NCBI GenBank assembly: GCA_965202585.1
Contig: OZ241828.1
Location: 39,928,001 to 39,992,000, forward strand
Origin: Thalia democratica
Lineage: Eukaryota
Length of the DNA stretch: 64,000 nt
Reading direction: 5' to 3'
How positions within the stretch are numbered: position 1 is the stretch's first letter; the number at the start of each line of letters is the position of its first letter. The notes under the pieces are model-generated. The model worked only from the letters and a program-made list of their open reading frames with translations, did no database searches and was not told the origin of the DNA. Below, piece after piece: positions 51,701-63,600 of the stretch. The translations under genes and the position numbers were made by a program.

Positions 51701-54700
51701 CTCTCATTAAAAGTTATTATATATTTTTTTTTAATTGTTAAACATTATTAAAAAAATCTTTTTTGGTCTAAATATATGAAGTAATATGAAATTTTAAACT
51801 TAAAAAGTATGGAACTTGACTGAAACTTATAATCAATCTTTCTTCTAAACTCTACATGTACAAAAATCAAACGTATTAGAATTTATGCATAAAACTATGG
51901 ATCTGAACTAACCGTATAACATATATAAAGGTTGGTAATTTTTTTATTTAAAATTTTTATGAACTGGATTGAGTCGAAAAAGAATTCTTTCGAGTGATAA
52001 TTTACCTGGATGGGAATTGAACGTGAGGAATTGATCGGGTTGGATTTGATTTGGCCGGTATTTAATTTGTACTGGAATTGTGCGGGTTGGATTTGATTCG
52101 GGTGGGATTTTATCGGGTTGGAACTGAATCGGGTGGGATTTGATTCGGGTGGTAATTGATTCGGGTGGGAATTGATCGGGTGGGAATTAATCGAATGGGA
52201 ATTGATTCGAGTGGGAAATGATCGGGTTGGAATTGATTTGGGTGGGATTTGATTCGGGTTAGATTTGATCGGGTGGGAATTGATTCGGGTGGGAACTGAT
52301 CGGGTGGGATTTGATCGAGTGGGTTTTGATTCAGGTGGGAAATGATCGGGTGGGATTTGATTTGGGTGGAAATTTATAGGGTGGGAATTAATCGGGTTGG
52401 AATTGATTCGGGTGGGATTTGATTGGGTAGGAATTGATTCGGGTGGGATTTGATTCGGGTGGGATTTGGTCGGGTGGGAATTGATCGGGTTGGAATTGAT
52501 TTGGGTTGGAATTGATCGGGTTAGAATTGATTCGGGTGGGATTTGATTCGGGTGGGATTTGATCGGGTGGGATTTGATCGGGTTGGAATTGATTCGGGTG
52601 GGATTTGATTCGGGTGGGATTTGATCGGGTTGGAATCGTGTGGGTGGGAACTGAGCGCGGGTTGGAAATGTTAGTATACCATTTTTACACAGTATGTTCT
52701 ATATTAAATGGTTAATTTTATTAATGATAATATATAACCTTTGATTTTAATTTTATTTATGCTTGGTTAAGCTTGTTGTATAAAATTTATTAAGATAAAA
52801 ACTTTATACATTTTAATTATATTTAATTGTACTTTATTGATGTATTACGTATAAATATACTCTATAGCAGTGCTTCTGAAATGGGGTTCCGCGGAACCCT
52901 AGGGTTCCGCGAAGCTTTTCGAAATTTAAAAAAGAACATTTATTTAATTAAACGTTTTACGTAAAATTAAAATTAGGGGTTCCGCGGAAAAGTTAAACTT
53001 TGGAAGAGCTTTTGTTCCGCCACTAAAAAAAGGTTCAGAAGCACTGCTCTATAGGGCATATTTATTGTTTATTCATTTACTCAAAGTATTTTATGTCAAA
53101 CTATAAACTTAAACTTATGTTGAGTAAATTGTTTAAAAAATATGATTTTTTGTTTTTTTATGTATCTTTTTTCGTGTAGTTTTTAGTTTAAGTGCTTAGG
53201 TTAATGTCGGAAAATAAACAAACTGTAAGAATTTTCTAAAAGGAACCATTAAACTGACATTAGCTACTTCTCTACTTTGTCATTACATTTTAAGAATTCT
53301 GTGCACACCTTATCAAATACTTGCTCAAGCCAGAAATTAAACAGACTGAACAACTTTACTCTCCAAATCACTCATTTATATAGCTAGCAGCGTCTAAAAA
53401 CACCTTAAAATAAAGATTATATTATTTTACCTTTCAACCTTGACTTTGAAAAATGAGACTTTTTCTTATTATTTTCATCATAAACTTTTTTCAAATTAAG
53501 TTTGAACTTTTCATTAAGCAAACACATATGTTTTAGGATATTATAAATTTTTTATTTATTAAGTTAAAGTCGTACGTTTTGGAAATTATGTATATGTAAT
53601 CTGTAGTTCTTAAATAATTAGCTTGTTATAAAGAATTTGTTTTAAAAGTTCAAGCATTAATTATTAAAAAAAAGTTTATCAAATAAATACCATGTTGTTT
53701 AGACACATGGATCAGCATATGCTTCTTCTTTCATGTTCATGTATCGTCAGTTGTTTCCCAACCCACCCGGATGTAACATGCTAGACGGAGGCTCTCCATT
53801 TTATGACACATATAAAACGAAAGATGGCAAGTATATAGCTGTTGGAGCTTTAGAGCCCAAGTTTTACGCACAATTTATCAAAGGTTATTTCGTATAAAAT
53901 TGTTATATAACTCTGTATCACAATAGACACTTATATGAGTTACAATTTATAAATTATTTTGTGGTACAGTAACCTGCCGCTTGAATACTCACTTTTTGAG
54001 TATGCACTTTTCGCTTTAAAACGCAATGTTTAAAAGGTTTTTTTTTTCTTTGAAAATAAAAAGCAATCATCTGAAAGTACTGATACAACAATATTATATT
54101 TAAGGGCATAGGGGATACGAAAATTAACATTGGCTCTTATTTCAAAGCTAGAGTATATACTATAGGATACTTTTTATAAAACATTAAATTTAAGTTAACT
54201 TTTGAGATAAAGCAGATTTTTTAAAAACAATCAGTACGAAATAAAAAAAATTTAAAGCGGATTTTCTTGAATTTAAAAAATTTTACTAAAAGTCTATCTC
54301 CTCATTCATTTTTTAAGCAATTAACTTAAATTTTAAGAAAATGTATTTTTATATATTACAAACAACTTATAGGAAGTAGTTTTTTTTTAAAGACCATAGA
54401 AAAAATTTATGACCCAAATTAAAAAAAAAATCTTTTTTGTTTATTTATTTTTTATTAAAGTTTTTTTTTTAATAACTAAAAAAAATGTTTCTTACAAGTT
54501 GTTTGAAATTTTTTTCAAGATTACTCTGAAACTGTTTTAAGAAAATTGCTCAAAAACTGAAGGAGCAAATAGATTTTTAGTAAAATAGTCTATTTTTACC
54601 CTTTTAGTTTGTGCCTCCCATAAAGAACCTAATGAACGCTCTAACTTTGATTGCTGATACTTCAAAGTTACTTTGAATTTAACAAACGGCAAAAAATAAC

Positions 54701-56789
54701 AAGAAGCTTATCTATTTATATAAGAAATAAGACTAAATTTGAAAAAAAGTGTTTTACTCCCTGGCCTTAAATATAAGCTTTCTTGTATGAATTCAAATAA
54801 AACTAGAATTAAAGGTATAAAAAAGGTTATTAACTCACAAATTATTTAACAAATCCAGTAGTTAAAAAAAATATTACAGTTTAATTATTTAACGCAATAA
54901 CAAACAGTGCAATTGACGTTTGCATAACCCATAACCAAGTTTTAAATAAAACATGTTTCAAAAAAGTCATATTAGATTTTAGATAAATGAAAATAATGAA
55001 TTTGCTATTGAAATTTACATACCCTATGACTAGAACATAAATGCAAAAAGCGTATAAAAACCTTATTAAAATTTAGATATTTAACGAAATGATGGACAAT
55101 TAAATTGAAGTTTTTAAGAACTAGGTCCTTTTGAAAACAAGTAAGTTTCACTTTGCCTGTAAACACTTTTGCACAAATGGTCACCTTTCCACTAAAAACA
55201 CTTGTTTGCCGCGTAACTTTTACAAAATGAGTCACTTTTGCAGGAAGACCCTTTTTTAAGGATTTAAATTTTTTTTATTAAATTGTATCACTTTTATTTA
55301 CGATCACTGTTACCCCTAAATGAAACCCTTGGTCGGTAAGTTTTCTTTTTCTTCTTCTTATTGTTTTAAATTTTTATTTTTTCTTTTCCTTTTAAATATC
55401 GCTCTCACCCCTAACTCTTAGCCTTGGTTTTTTAAATCTTGTGCGAAAATGACCTTTCTTGCAAAAGTGTCTTTGTGCATACTTTACTGTTTGCCCGAAA
55501 GTGTTTTCGTGTAAATTGACCCCTCCCCTTTTCAAACATATCTGTTAATGTAGATTAACGTTTGGGTGTAGCATACACTTTTGGTATTTGCAAGATGTTT
55601 TTGAACTATTTTTTAAGTTTTAAAAAGCTGATTGTAGCTTAAAGTAATTGGTTTTACGAGTAGCTACTTACATTTCTGTTATGTACAGTTCCCAGATGAA
55701 TACGCACTTTTGCGATGTGTTTAAAATACATAAGTATGTTTGCATCAGTAGAGCTGTTTATTTTTACTTTGAACTTTGAGTTGTATTTTAAAGAAGTTTT
55801 CACAATGATGATTTAAAACAACAACTAAATCAAGAATATTTTTACGTTTCACTAAAACGTTTAATATAAAGCTAAACTTTTGATTACGACCACCATTAAG
55901 TTAAAATAAGTTACTTTTACTTCTTTTGTAAAACAAATAAATAATTTATCTAAACTTTTTTCCATCAAAAACTTTGGTACTTCATTTATGTATAAAAATT
56001 ACATGCTGTAATTTAAACTTCACGTCATCAACTAAACTTTTCTTAACTAGAATAAAAACTTTTAGGATTGAAATTAAACGCTGAAGATTTGCCGCATCAA
56101 ATGGACGCGAGCAGATGGGAAGAGCTGCGGAAAATATTCACGGACGCCATATCGCAACTGTCACTGGATGAAGTTGAGCGGAGATACGCGGGCGCGAAAG
56201 CCGATTGTTGCGTCACACCGGTTTTGACGAGCGAACAGGCAGCGCAACTCCCACACAACGTGTAAGAAGTTATGTTGTTACTATATAACAACTGTTGATT
56301 GTATTTGATAAACTTATTTTTTTAAACTTCTTTAATTAAAAGTAAATGTAATCCGTTGGTTTTATAGAACTCCTGCTTGAAAATAACTTTTAATTTTGTT
56401 TCGTTAAGAAAAATGGTCTTTTAAAATCAAGTTATTGTTTTTGTGGACTAAACTTAAACAAGTATTAGTCGTTTGTTAGATATTCTTTTGATTGCCTTAA
56501 TCAAAATTAATGTTTCTTTTACGAAAAATCTATTTATAAAGTACGCAAAGTTTTAAAGGCAATATTTTTTAACAGAACTTCTAAAATATTTCACAAAGAC
56601 GAATCCGGTAAAGTTGTGCCAAATCCAGCGCCGAAGCTAAGCAGAACTCCAGCTACCATTGGAAGCACGTCTCAACCGCAAGTTGGACAAAATTCAAGAG
56701 AAGTGTTAGAGGAAAACGGTTTTTCAAAAGACGAAATCGACAACTTAGTTTCGAGCGGAGTCGTTATGTGCAGTAACAGCAAACTTTAG
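42738..56789 (+). CDS. AMACR: Alpha-methylacyl-CoA racemase (CoA-transferase family III), 379 aa, C-terminal PTS1 SKL
   Basis: Exons 42738-42877, 43032-43135, 43243-43386, 43583-43654, 44584-44672, 53703-53883, 56066-56261 and 56576-56789; all introns are GT-AG and phase-consistent. Motifs: [77 protein letters not shown], ending in SNSKL-stop. Confidence 0.95.
45010..45295. mobile_element. Partial copy of a TTAA-flanked (Kolobok-like) non-autonomous element
   Basis: Aligns with about 54490-54766 (GCAAATAGATTTTTAGT..., CCCATAAGAAACCTA..., CTTTGAT..GCT) and ends in TTATGCCC followed by TTAA. Confidence 0.55.
48641..49040 (-). pseudogene. C-terminal remnant of a MULE (Mutator-like) transposase
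   Basis: Reads [27 protein letters not shown]...KEQ...GEPHKK(frameshift)[12 protein letters not shown]...[11 protein letters not shown]-stop. RTNNxxEGWH is the conserved MULE C-terminal motif. It carries one in-frame stop and one frameshift. Confidence 0.8.
49044..49960 (-). mobile_element. Internally deleted Tigger/pogo transposon nested in the MULE element
   Basis: TA lies at both sides (49042-49043 and 49961-49962). Imperfect TIRs CAGTGCTTCCGTAATCCGG / CACTACTTTCTCGCTAATCCAG. The minus strand at about 49311-49715 reads [16 protein letters not shown]...[17 protein letters not shown]...[12 protein letters not shown], a pogo/Tigger transposase C-terminus with one stop. Confidence 0.72.
52868..53046. 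mobile_element. Young hAT (Charlie-type) MITE, 179 bp
   Basis: Perfect 13-bp TIR CAGTGCTTCTGAA and exact 8-bp TSD CTCTATAG (52860-52867 and 53047-53054). Internal GGGTTCCGCG repeats. Confidence 0.9.
54104..54766. mobile_element. TTAA-flanked (Kolobok-like) non-autonomous element in AMACR intron 6
   Basis: TTAA at 54100-54103 and 54767-54770. Termini GGGCATAGGGGA and CTCCCTGGCC. Homologous to 45010-45295. Confidence 0.6.
55125..55530. mobile_element. Degenerate foldback-type element related to 59950-60591
   Basis: Degenerate TTTTGCAC-type repeats of about 18 bp on the left, inverted GTGCAAAA-type repeats on the right, and an internal ATCACTGTTACCCCTAA...CCCTTGGTCGGTAA shared with 60145-60390. 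Ends are approximate. Confidence 0.55.
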
Positions 56790-57874
56790 TTTCTTGAAAA
56801 AAAAAACTTTATTTTTTATTATTAATATTTTGTTTAACTTGTAATTCAAATGTTTATAATCTTACGCAATCATTTTAGTTAAATCACAAGTTTTTTTTAG
56901 AAAAAATTAGATAATTTTAAGTTGTTATAGCACTTAAAACTATCAAAGTTTAAACAAGTATTTTTTAACTTGATTTTAATCACATTTTTATATAGATAAT
57001 TTTTTCTATTAATTTACTGTATAATTAAATGTATCCAATATCTTATATTATAAACTTTTCACAATAGTGTTTAGTAGCATAGATGGAAGACATTGTTTTA
57101 AGGAAGTTAGCTTTAAAAACTATTCAATTGTTAGATTTTTTTTAAGTTTAGTGATTTTTGACAACAACTAAATTAAAAAAACACTAACTTGAAAACAAAA
57201 AAAAATATTATTTCTAATTTTTGTAAAAGGCATAAAAAAATGTTGTTTGTTAAACCTAAATTTATAAGAAGCTTCGAGAAACTAATAAAAGATGTTTTTT
57301 TTTTAAGTTTTTTTAATGTTTTATCACTAATGAAAGTTTAAGTGTTAGACACTAATTAAGTACAGGAATAATATTTCAAAAAAACTGATTAAAATTTACA
57401 AGTTCAACAGCCATTATCCTATCTCAATATTTATATTTTAAGAATAAAATAATTATTTATACATATTTATCTTGAAAACAAGTTACGTTTTTAGATAGGG
57501 TAGTGGTGTTAGAACTGGACACCTTAAAGGTATAAGGTAAGTTATTTATACTTTTAATTCAAGTTGTAAACTTCAGCTGAATATCAATTAGAGTAAAATG
57601 TTTTTGTACTCTTGTTGATGTTCAAAGTCAAAAATCTTCACAAGTATATGCGTACCCAAACATAACGAGTAGATTAGTGGAATTTTTTCAATTGTACGTA
57701 ATTTGATATGTTAACATTATTAATAAGTTTCTACGACAAGTGGTTAAAAATTAGAACACACAAATATCTATCTAAACTTGCATTTATAACTTAGAAAATA
57801 CAGAAATTGACTAACTAAGTAAACGAGCTACAAGCGGTTTTACTTACTCCAAAATATAATATAGTTATAATTTG

Positions 57875-57995
57875 TTGAACGACAGAAAAAGCGCTTATAA
57901 TATTTGGTCCTAGGTCCTGGTGCACGAAAAAGCTTTCGGTTATAGAATCGCACACCACGGATACCTTTTAACGTCTCGTCTAAGACTGATCTTCA
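57875..57995 (-). repeat. Dispersed SINE-like repeat, copy C
   Basis: Its reverse complement, AGACGTTAAAAGGTATCCGTGGTGTGCGATTCTATAACCGAAAGCTTTTTCGTGCACCAGGACCTAG, matches copies A and B. Confidence 0.7.
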
Positions 57996-59949
57996 TAAAG
58001 ATTTAAAATAAAATGCAGACTCTTGACTAAGTAAAGAATAAAAATCTAACAAATCTGTTAAAAAGGTTGTTCAAAAACCTGGTAGGCAATATATGTCACT
58101 AATAACTTACACAAAACTGGTTTATAACTTTCCCCTCTAGTTCAGACCTAAAAAACACTAGAAAAATCCCTCAAACCTGTCATATATGATTAAGGAATCC
58201 TAATAAAATACTTCCAAATAATAAAGATTTCAAAGTAAGGCCTGAGTTTAAACTTTTATTTAAAGTAAAAATGAAAAGTCTGACAGAAACTTTAACTACT
58301 TATTACTAAAAAAGTTGTTTTAACTCCTTATTAGTTTTGTCATTTTAAACACCTAAGTGACAAGTTATCCTGGTAAAAACTAGCTTGAGTCACGATAAAC
58401 TAGTCTATGTTTATATATAAAGTTTATAAAATGTTTAACTGAGGGGTCGCAACTGGAAAAAGTTAAAGTTCCTTTAGAATTTATTTTATTAATTAATGAT
58501 CAGTGAGCCAAGATTTTAATAATATTAGAGCTTAGAACTAAATTACAAACTTTTATTTACCACCAAAGATAAGCTAGTTTGTGCGAGGCCATTTAAAGCG
58601 TTTTCTTTTAAATAAGTCAATTTTAGATATCTTTTTTGTTAGAAAGTAAATTCTAAAACAAAGCTTTTTAAAGTTACGTTTGCACAAAGAGATAAAATTC
58701 ATGATATCATCGTTTAAAAAAAATAGTAAATTTATTTAAAAATAACAAATAACTCTTTATTCCTGCCATTTTTATATAAGTATTTTATTTTTCATTAATA
58801 GTTTAACTGTAATATGTGGTACATTTTTTTTATATTGACAAACCAAGTAAAAGTTGTTCGAGATAGCTGTAAATTATTTATACTTTACATCTACCAAGCA
58901 GTTAAAAAACTAAAACATTATTAGTTTAAATTATTTGTTTTTTTGGTTTAATATTTTTTAAGAGTAATTAGATCCGCTTACATTTTTTTAATTGAAAAAC
59001 TTAATCCGTATTTTTGCAAAGAAAAAGCAGGAATATTGCTTTTGATTAGCGTTTTATATGGATGCGCGACTATTTAAGTTCTCACAATTAAAATTTATAC
59101 AATTAAAGTTTTAAAAACTTTGAGTTATTGTTTTTTTTTTAAGTAAACACTAAATAAAAATGTGCAAATTAAATGTTTTATTTACTGCCAGGTTTCGATG
59201 GCAAAAAAATTACGACCTTTTTAAGTATAGTAAACTGCACATAACAATATTGCTTATCTATGATATTATTTAAAAATTTATTCATGCGTGAAAATCTAAA
59301 CTAAAAACTAAAATGTTTCATATCCAAAAATTCAAGCTTATAAGTGTACAATTGGGTACTACTAGTACTAATTTTAAAACAAATTGAATTTAATTAATGT
59401 AATGAGACGAAAAATTATATATGTACATAGATATATACCTAGAAATTTATTTAAATGGAATTAAAAACTATCTGAAATTAGAATTTAAACCAAGTATCAA
59501 CAAAACATTAACAAAACTCATTAAAAATTTCAGAATCTAATTTTTATTAAGTTAATGAAACAGTTAAAATTTAGAGGATTTAAGAACTATCTAAAAAAAA
59601 AAGTTTTTTAATTAATATAAATTGAATTAAGAACTATCTAAAAATTTGAATTTAGACCAGAAAATCAACAAATCTCAATGATAAAGTCAAAAACGTTTTT
59701 TTTCCTAGTATTATATTCTTAATTAAGTTTTATCTGCTTTCCAGATTTTTAATAAAAATACGTTTCTGTGCCTGTTTGAGTTCAATAATTCTGTTATTTT
59801 GTTAATGCAATTTGTATCAGATTCAAGTATTATTAGTTATTAATTTTTGTTAAGTAAACATTAAAAAAGTCTTTTTAACTATTGTAATCTAGTTAATTAG
59901 ACATGAATGATTTTATTTTTATTTTTCTTTAATCAAAATGTTTTTTTTT

Positions 59950-60591
59950 GGGTAGCTGTCAGATTTGCACGAGCGTAAAAAATTGCACTAGGGATAAATT
60001 CCACGAGTGCACAAAACTGCACGAAGATATTTTTGCACGAAGACAGTTTTGTACGATCAGACAATTTCTTACGGGTTGAATTTTTTATTTTAACCTTTAA
60101 TTTTTTTACTAATTTTAATTTTTTTATTATTAATTTATTTTTTTTTTACTATCATTGTTACCCCTAACCCTTACCCTCGATCGGTAACTTATTTTCTTTT
60201 GTTTATTAATTAATTTTTTCAAGTTTTTTACTATCACTGTTACCCCTAACCCTTATCCTCGATCGGTAGTTTTTTTTAATTAATCAATGTTATTTATTCA
60301 TTTTTTTTGCTTTTCTTAATAAATTTTATTAGTATTTTTTTTAAATTTTTACTATCACTGTTACCTCAAACCTTTACCCTTGGTCAGTAACTTGTTTTTT
60401 CTTTTTGTTTTTTAACAATTTATGTTTTATTTTATTTGGTTTTTATTTTGTTTTATTTTTACTCTCGTGCAATAATGACCCTCCGTGCAAAAATGACCCT
60501 TGTGTCAAAGTTGTCTTCGTGTAATTTTGTTACCTCGTGCAATTTTGTCTTTGTGCAATTTAGTCCCCTCGAGAAATTTTGACGCACTCCC
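59950..60591. mobile_element. Mutator-like foldback MITE with inverted arrays of about 18 bp and three internal direct repeats
   Basis: Termini GGGTAGCTGTC and GACGCACTCCC. TTGCACGA-type repeats at 59965-60060 have inverted TCGTGCAA-type repeats at 60465-60560. ACTATCA(C/T)TGTTACCCCTAACCCTTA(C/T)CCTCGATCGGTA occurs three times. The TSD falls in poly-T and is ambiguous. Confidence 0.7.
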
Positions 60592-60604
60592 GTTTTTTAT
60601 ATAA

Positions 60605-63600
60605 TATTATTATTGAAGTTTATTGTCAAACGAAGGACCTAGGCATTAAAACCTAAGCCACTTAAACTGAAAGACACTAACATAAAAAGAAAAAAAACAA
60701 ATTACAGTGTTTGTATAAAAATAAACATAAAACTTATACAAGGCACAAACTAAAAAAACTAAAACTTTCACAACCAAAATATTCAAACGATTCCAAAGTC
60801 ACGAATTTCCAATTATACATTCCAAAACAACAAATCTTTGAAACAAGCATCTCTTGTCAAAATTCTTCAGAATCTGGCTCGAAACTCGAGAAACCATTTT
60901 GAAGACCACTCTTCATCAAAGAAGAACTTTCAAAACGTCATTTATTTTCAACTTTAGACAGAAATCTTCATCTTGCAGAACATTGATCTCAGCAACTATT
61001 CGCCATTCATCATGTTTTCAAAGTTTCACCACGGCAAATTCAGTCAAAAATCACTTCAAACATGTGGCAGCAACAATTCACAAATCTAGCTTACGAATCA
61101 ACTGAGCATCCAATAATTTCAAAATCTAAAGCCATAAGCACATTAACAATAGACCGGCCGAAAAATCAAAATTTAAAAGTACTAAAGATCTATAAGGGGA
61201 AGGTGTTGCTTACAAATCAAACTACCAATAAACTACAAACCACACACCAAATCAATGGTTAAAGAGATGAACAAAACTAATTACTTATAAATTTTACTGG
61301 TAAATATTTTATTCAAATCCATTTTTTTTTAATTTAATCTAAAGTTTTCAAGATTTTTGCACGATACTAGTTCCTTTGGAAGTTCGTTCCACATTTTAAC
61401 CGAACGATAGAAAAAAGAATTTTGCCAACCAACAATGTTGAAATGATATTTGCATGTATATTTTCTATTACTGCCTCTGAGTGAGTTATTATTTTTATAA
61501 GGTTTAAAGAAAGTTTGGGAATCAATAGTAGTTTCATTGTTAATCAGTTTGTAAAAAGTAATAAGATCAAGTTCAAGTCTTCTGTACTATAATGATTTTA
61601 TAATAAGCTTTCTTAGTCTGTCTATGTAAGACGTATATGAAATGTTGCACCGATTAAAGATTGATCTCGTAAATTTTTCTTTGAATAGATTCTAGTTGAT
61701 TGATGTCTTTTATTGAACATGGAGACCATAAAGGTGAGTTGTATTTTATCTTTGGACGGATGTAAACTAGGTACAATTTTTTAAGAATTTCCATGTCCGT
61801 AGATATAAAGCTTTTTAGAATTTGGAAAGATAACACTGATGCAGTACGGTAAATATAGTTAATGTGATGGTTCCATTTTAGATTATCTGAAATAAAATTT
61901 CCAAGGTCTTAAAACACTTCTGTTTTAGGTAACATTACATCGTTTATTTTAAAGTCAAACGTAGGAATAGGTGTACTTCTGTGAACATTCAAAACATGAC
62001 ATTTGCTGGGATTTAGGTATAATTTTCTTTTTTTAACCAATGGTAGATTTTATCTAAAGATTTTTCTAAAACTAAGTTAGATTGGCTAAATATTTTTGTG
62101 TCGTCTGCAAAAAGATTAATGTTGCTATTAGAATCAACTTCTGAGGCTATATCATTTGTGTAAGTTATAAATAAAAGTGGGCCAATAACCCCTCCTTGAG
62201 GAACTCCACTAAAAATTGGTAAGGATTATTAGAACGTGTTACCAAAACTACTCTTTGTGTTCTATCTTGAAGAAATTCTTTTGACCATTCAACTATATTT
62301 CTATTTATTTTGTATTGAGAAAAAGTTTTAACTAGCTTAAAGTGAGAGACAGAGTCAAACGCTTTCTAAATGTCTGTATATATTACATTGATAGATTTTT
62401 TAGTAAAAAAAGATACTAACTATGAATGAAAGCAATCCAATAGTTGAATACTGGAAGTTCGTTTAGTAAGGAAACCAAATTGTTTCGGAGAAATAAGATT
62501 ATTTTAAAAAAGATGATTAAGTATTTTTAATGAAATTGTATGTTCAAAAGATCTGCAAAAGCTACTAGTTAGTGAAACTGGTCTGTAGTTTAACGGATTA
62601 TTTCTGTTTCTTTTTTGTATACTGGTATAATATAAGATACTTTCCATTGTTTTGGTATGAAAGATATAGCTAAAGAGCAATTAAAAATTAGCAAGATTGG
62701 AAAAATGAGAAAGCAAATAGTTCGATTTAAAAAATTAGAAGATATGTTTTCTGCTGTTCTAAGTATTTTATCTTTTAAATGATTTACAGACTCAATTATT
62801 TCACTACTGCTAACAAAAAAATCCTGCATTTCAGGGCAACTTTTATCAATAATTTCAAAATGTTCATCTTCTTGATCTTTACTAAATACTTTTTGGAATG
62901 ATTTGTTAAAACAAGAGGCTTCTCAAAGTCAGAAGTTAATGGTAAGTTATTTTCATTAAGTAAAAGAGGAAATGAAGGTGATAGATTTAGCTTTGATTTT
63001 ACAAAAGAGTAAAACTTTTTTGAATTTGTATTTTGACAAAAGCTTTTTTCATGTTGTATGTCGAAATTTTTTACAGCTTTTTCGTATGCTTTTGAAACTA
63101 GCTTGTATTTTTTAGTAATCTGCTGATAAAACTTGCATTTTTTTATAGCTTTTGCTTTTTTTTTAGTAGCTTTTTTAAATTAGAAGGATATACTTTTCGT
63201 TATGTATTTTTCTTCTTCAAGGAAATAAAATTTTTGATTTCAAGATTAATAATGTTAACAAATTTATCATAAAACTCCTGTAAATTTTCTGATTTATTAT
63301 AAATAAATTTCCAATCTATACTTGACAAATATTCGTTAATACACTTAAAATCCGCTTTGGAAAAATCTGGGTAAAGTGTCACAGTAGCTGATTTCATGCT
63401 CTTATTAACATTAATGCCAAAAGATTTAAGGGCATGGTCATTAGTATTAGTTTAAGGTGAATCCACTGAATGAATTTTAATTCTATCCAACCCCATGCTA
63501 TTACAAAGTCTAAATCAAGAATACCACCGTCTTTATGTGTAGGTGAATCAATAATTTGAGTTAAATAATTTTCTGAACAAAACTTAATAAAAATTTTATT

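Larger units (their letters stand above)
45908..52680. mobile_element. Mutator-like (Phantom/foldback-type) transposon, 6.8 kb, in AMACR intron 5
   Basis: Exact 8-bp TSD ATTTTTAC (45900-45907 and 52681-52688). Termini GGGAACC...AGTATACC. An array of about 750 bp of 15-bp units (AATCCCACCCGATCA-type) at 45915-46670 has an inverted array at about 52000-52665. An internal MULE transposase remnant is present. Confidence 0.88.
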
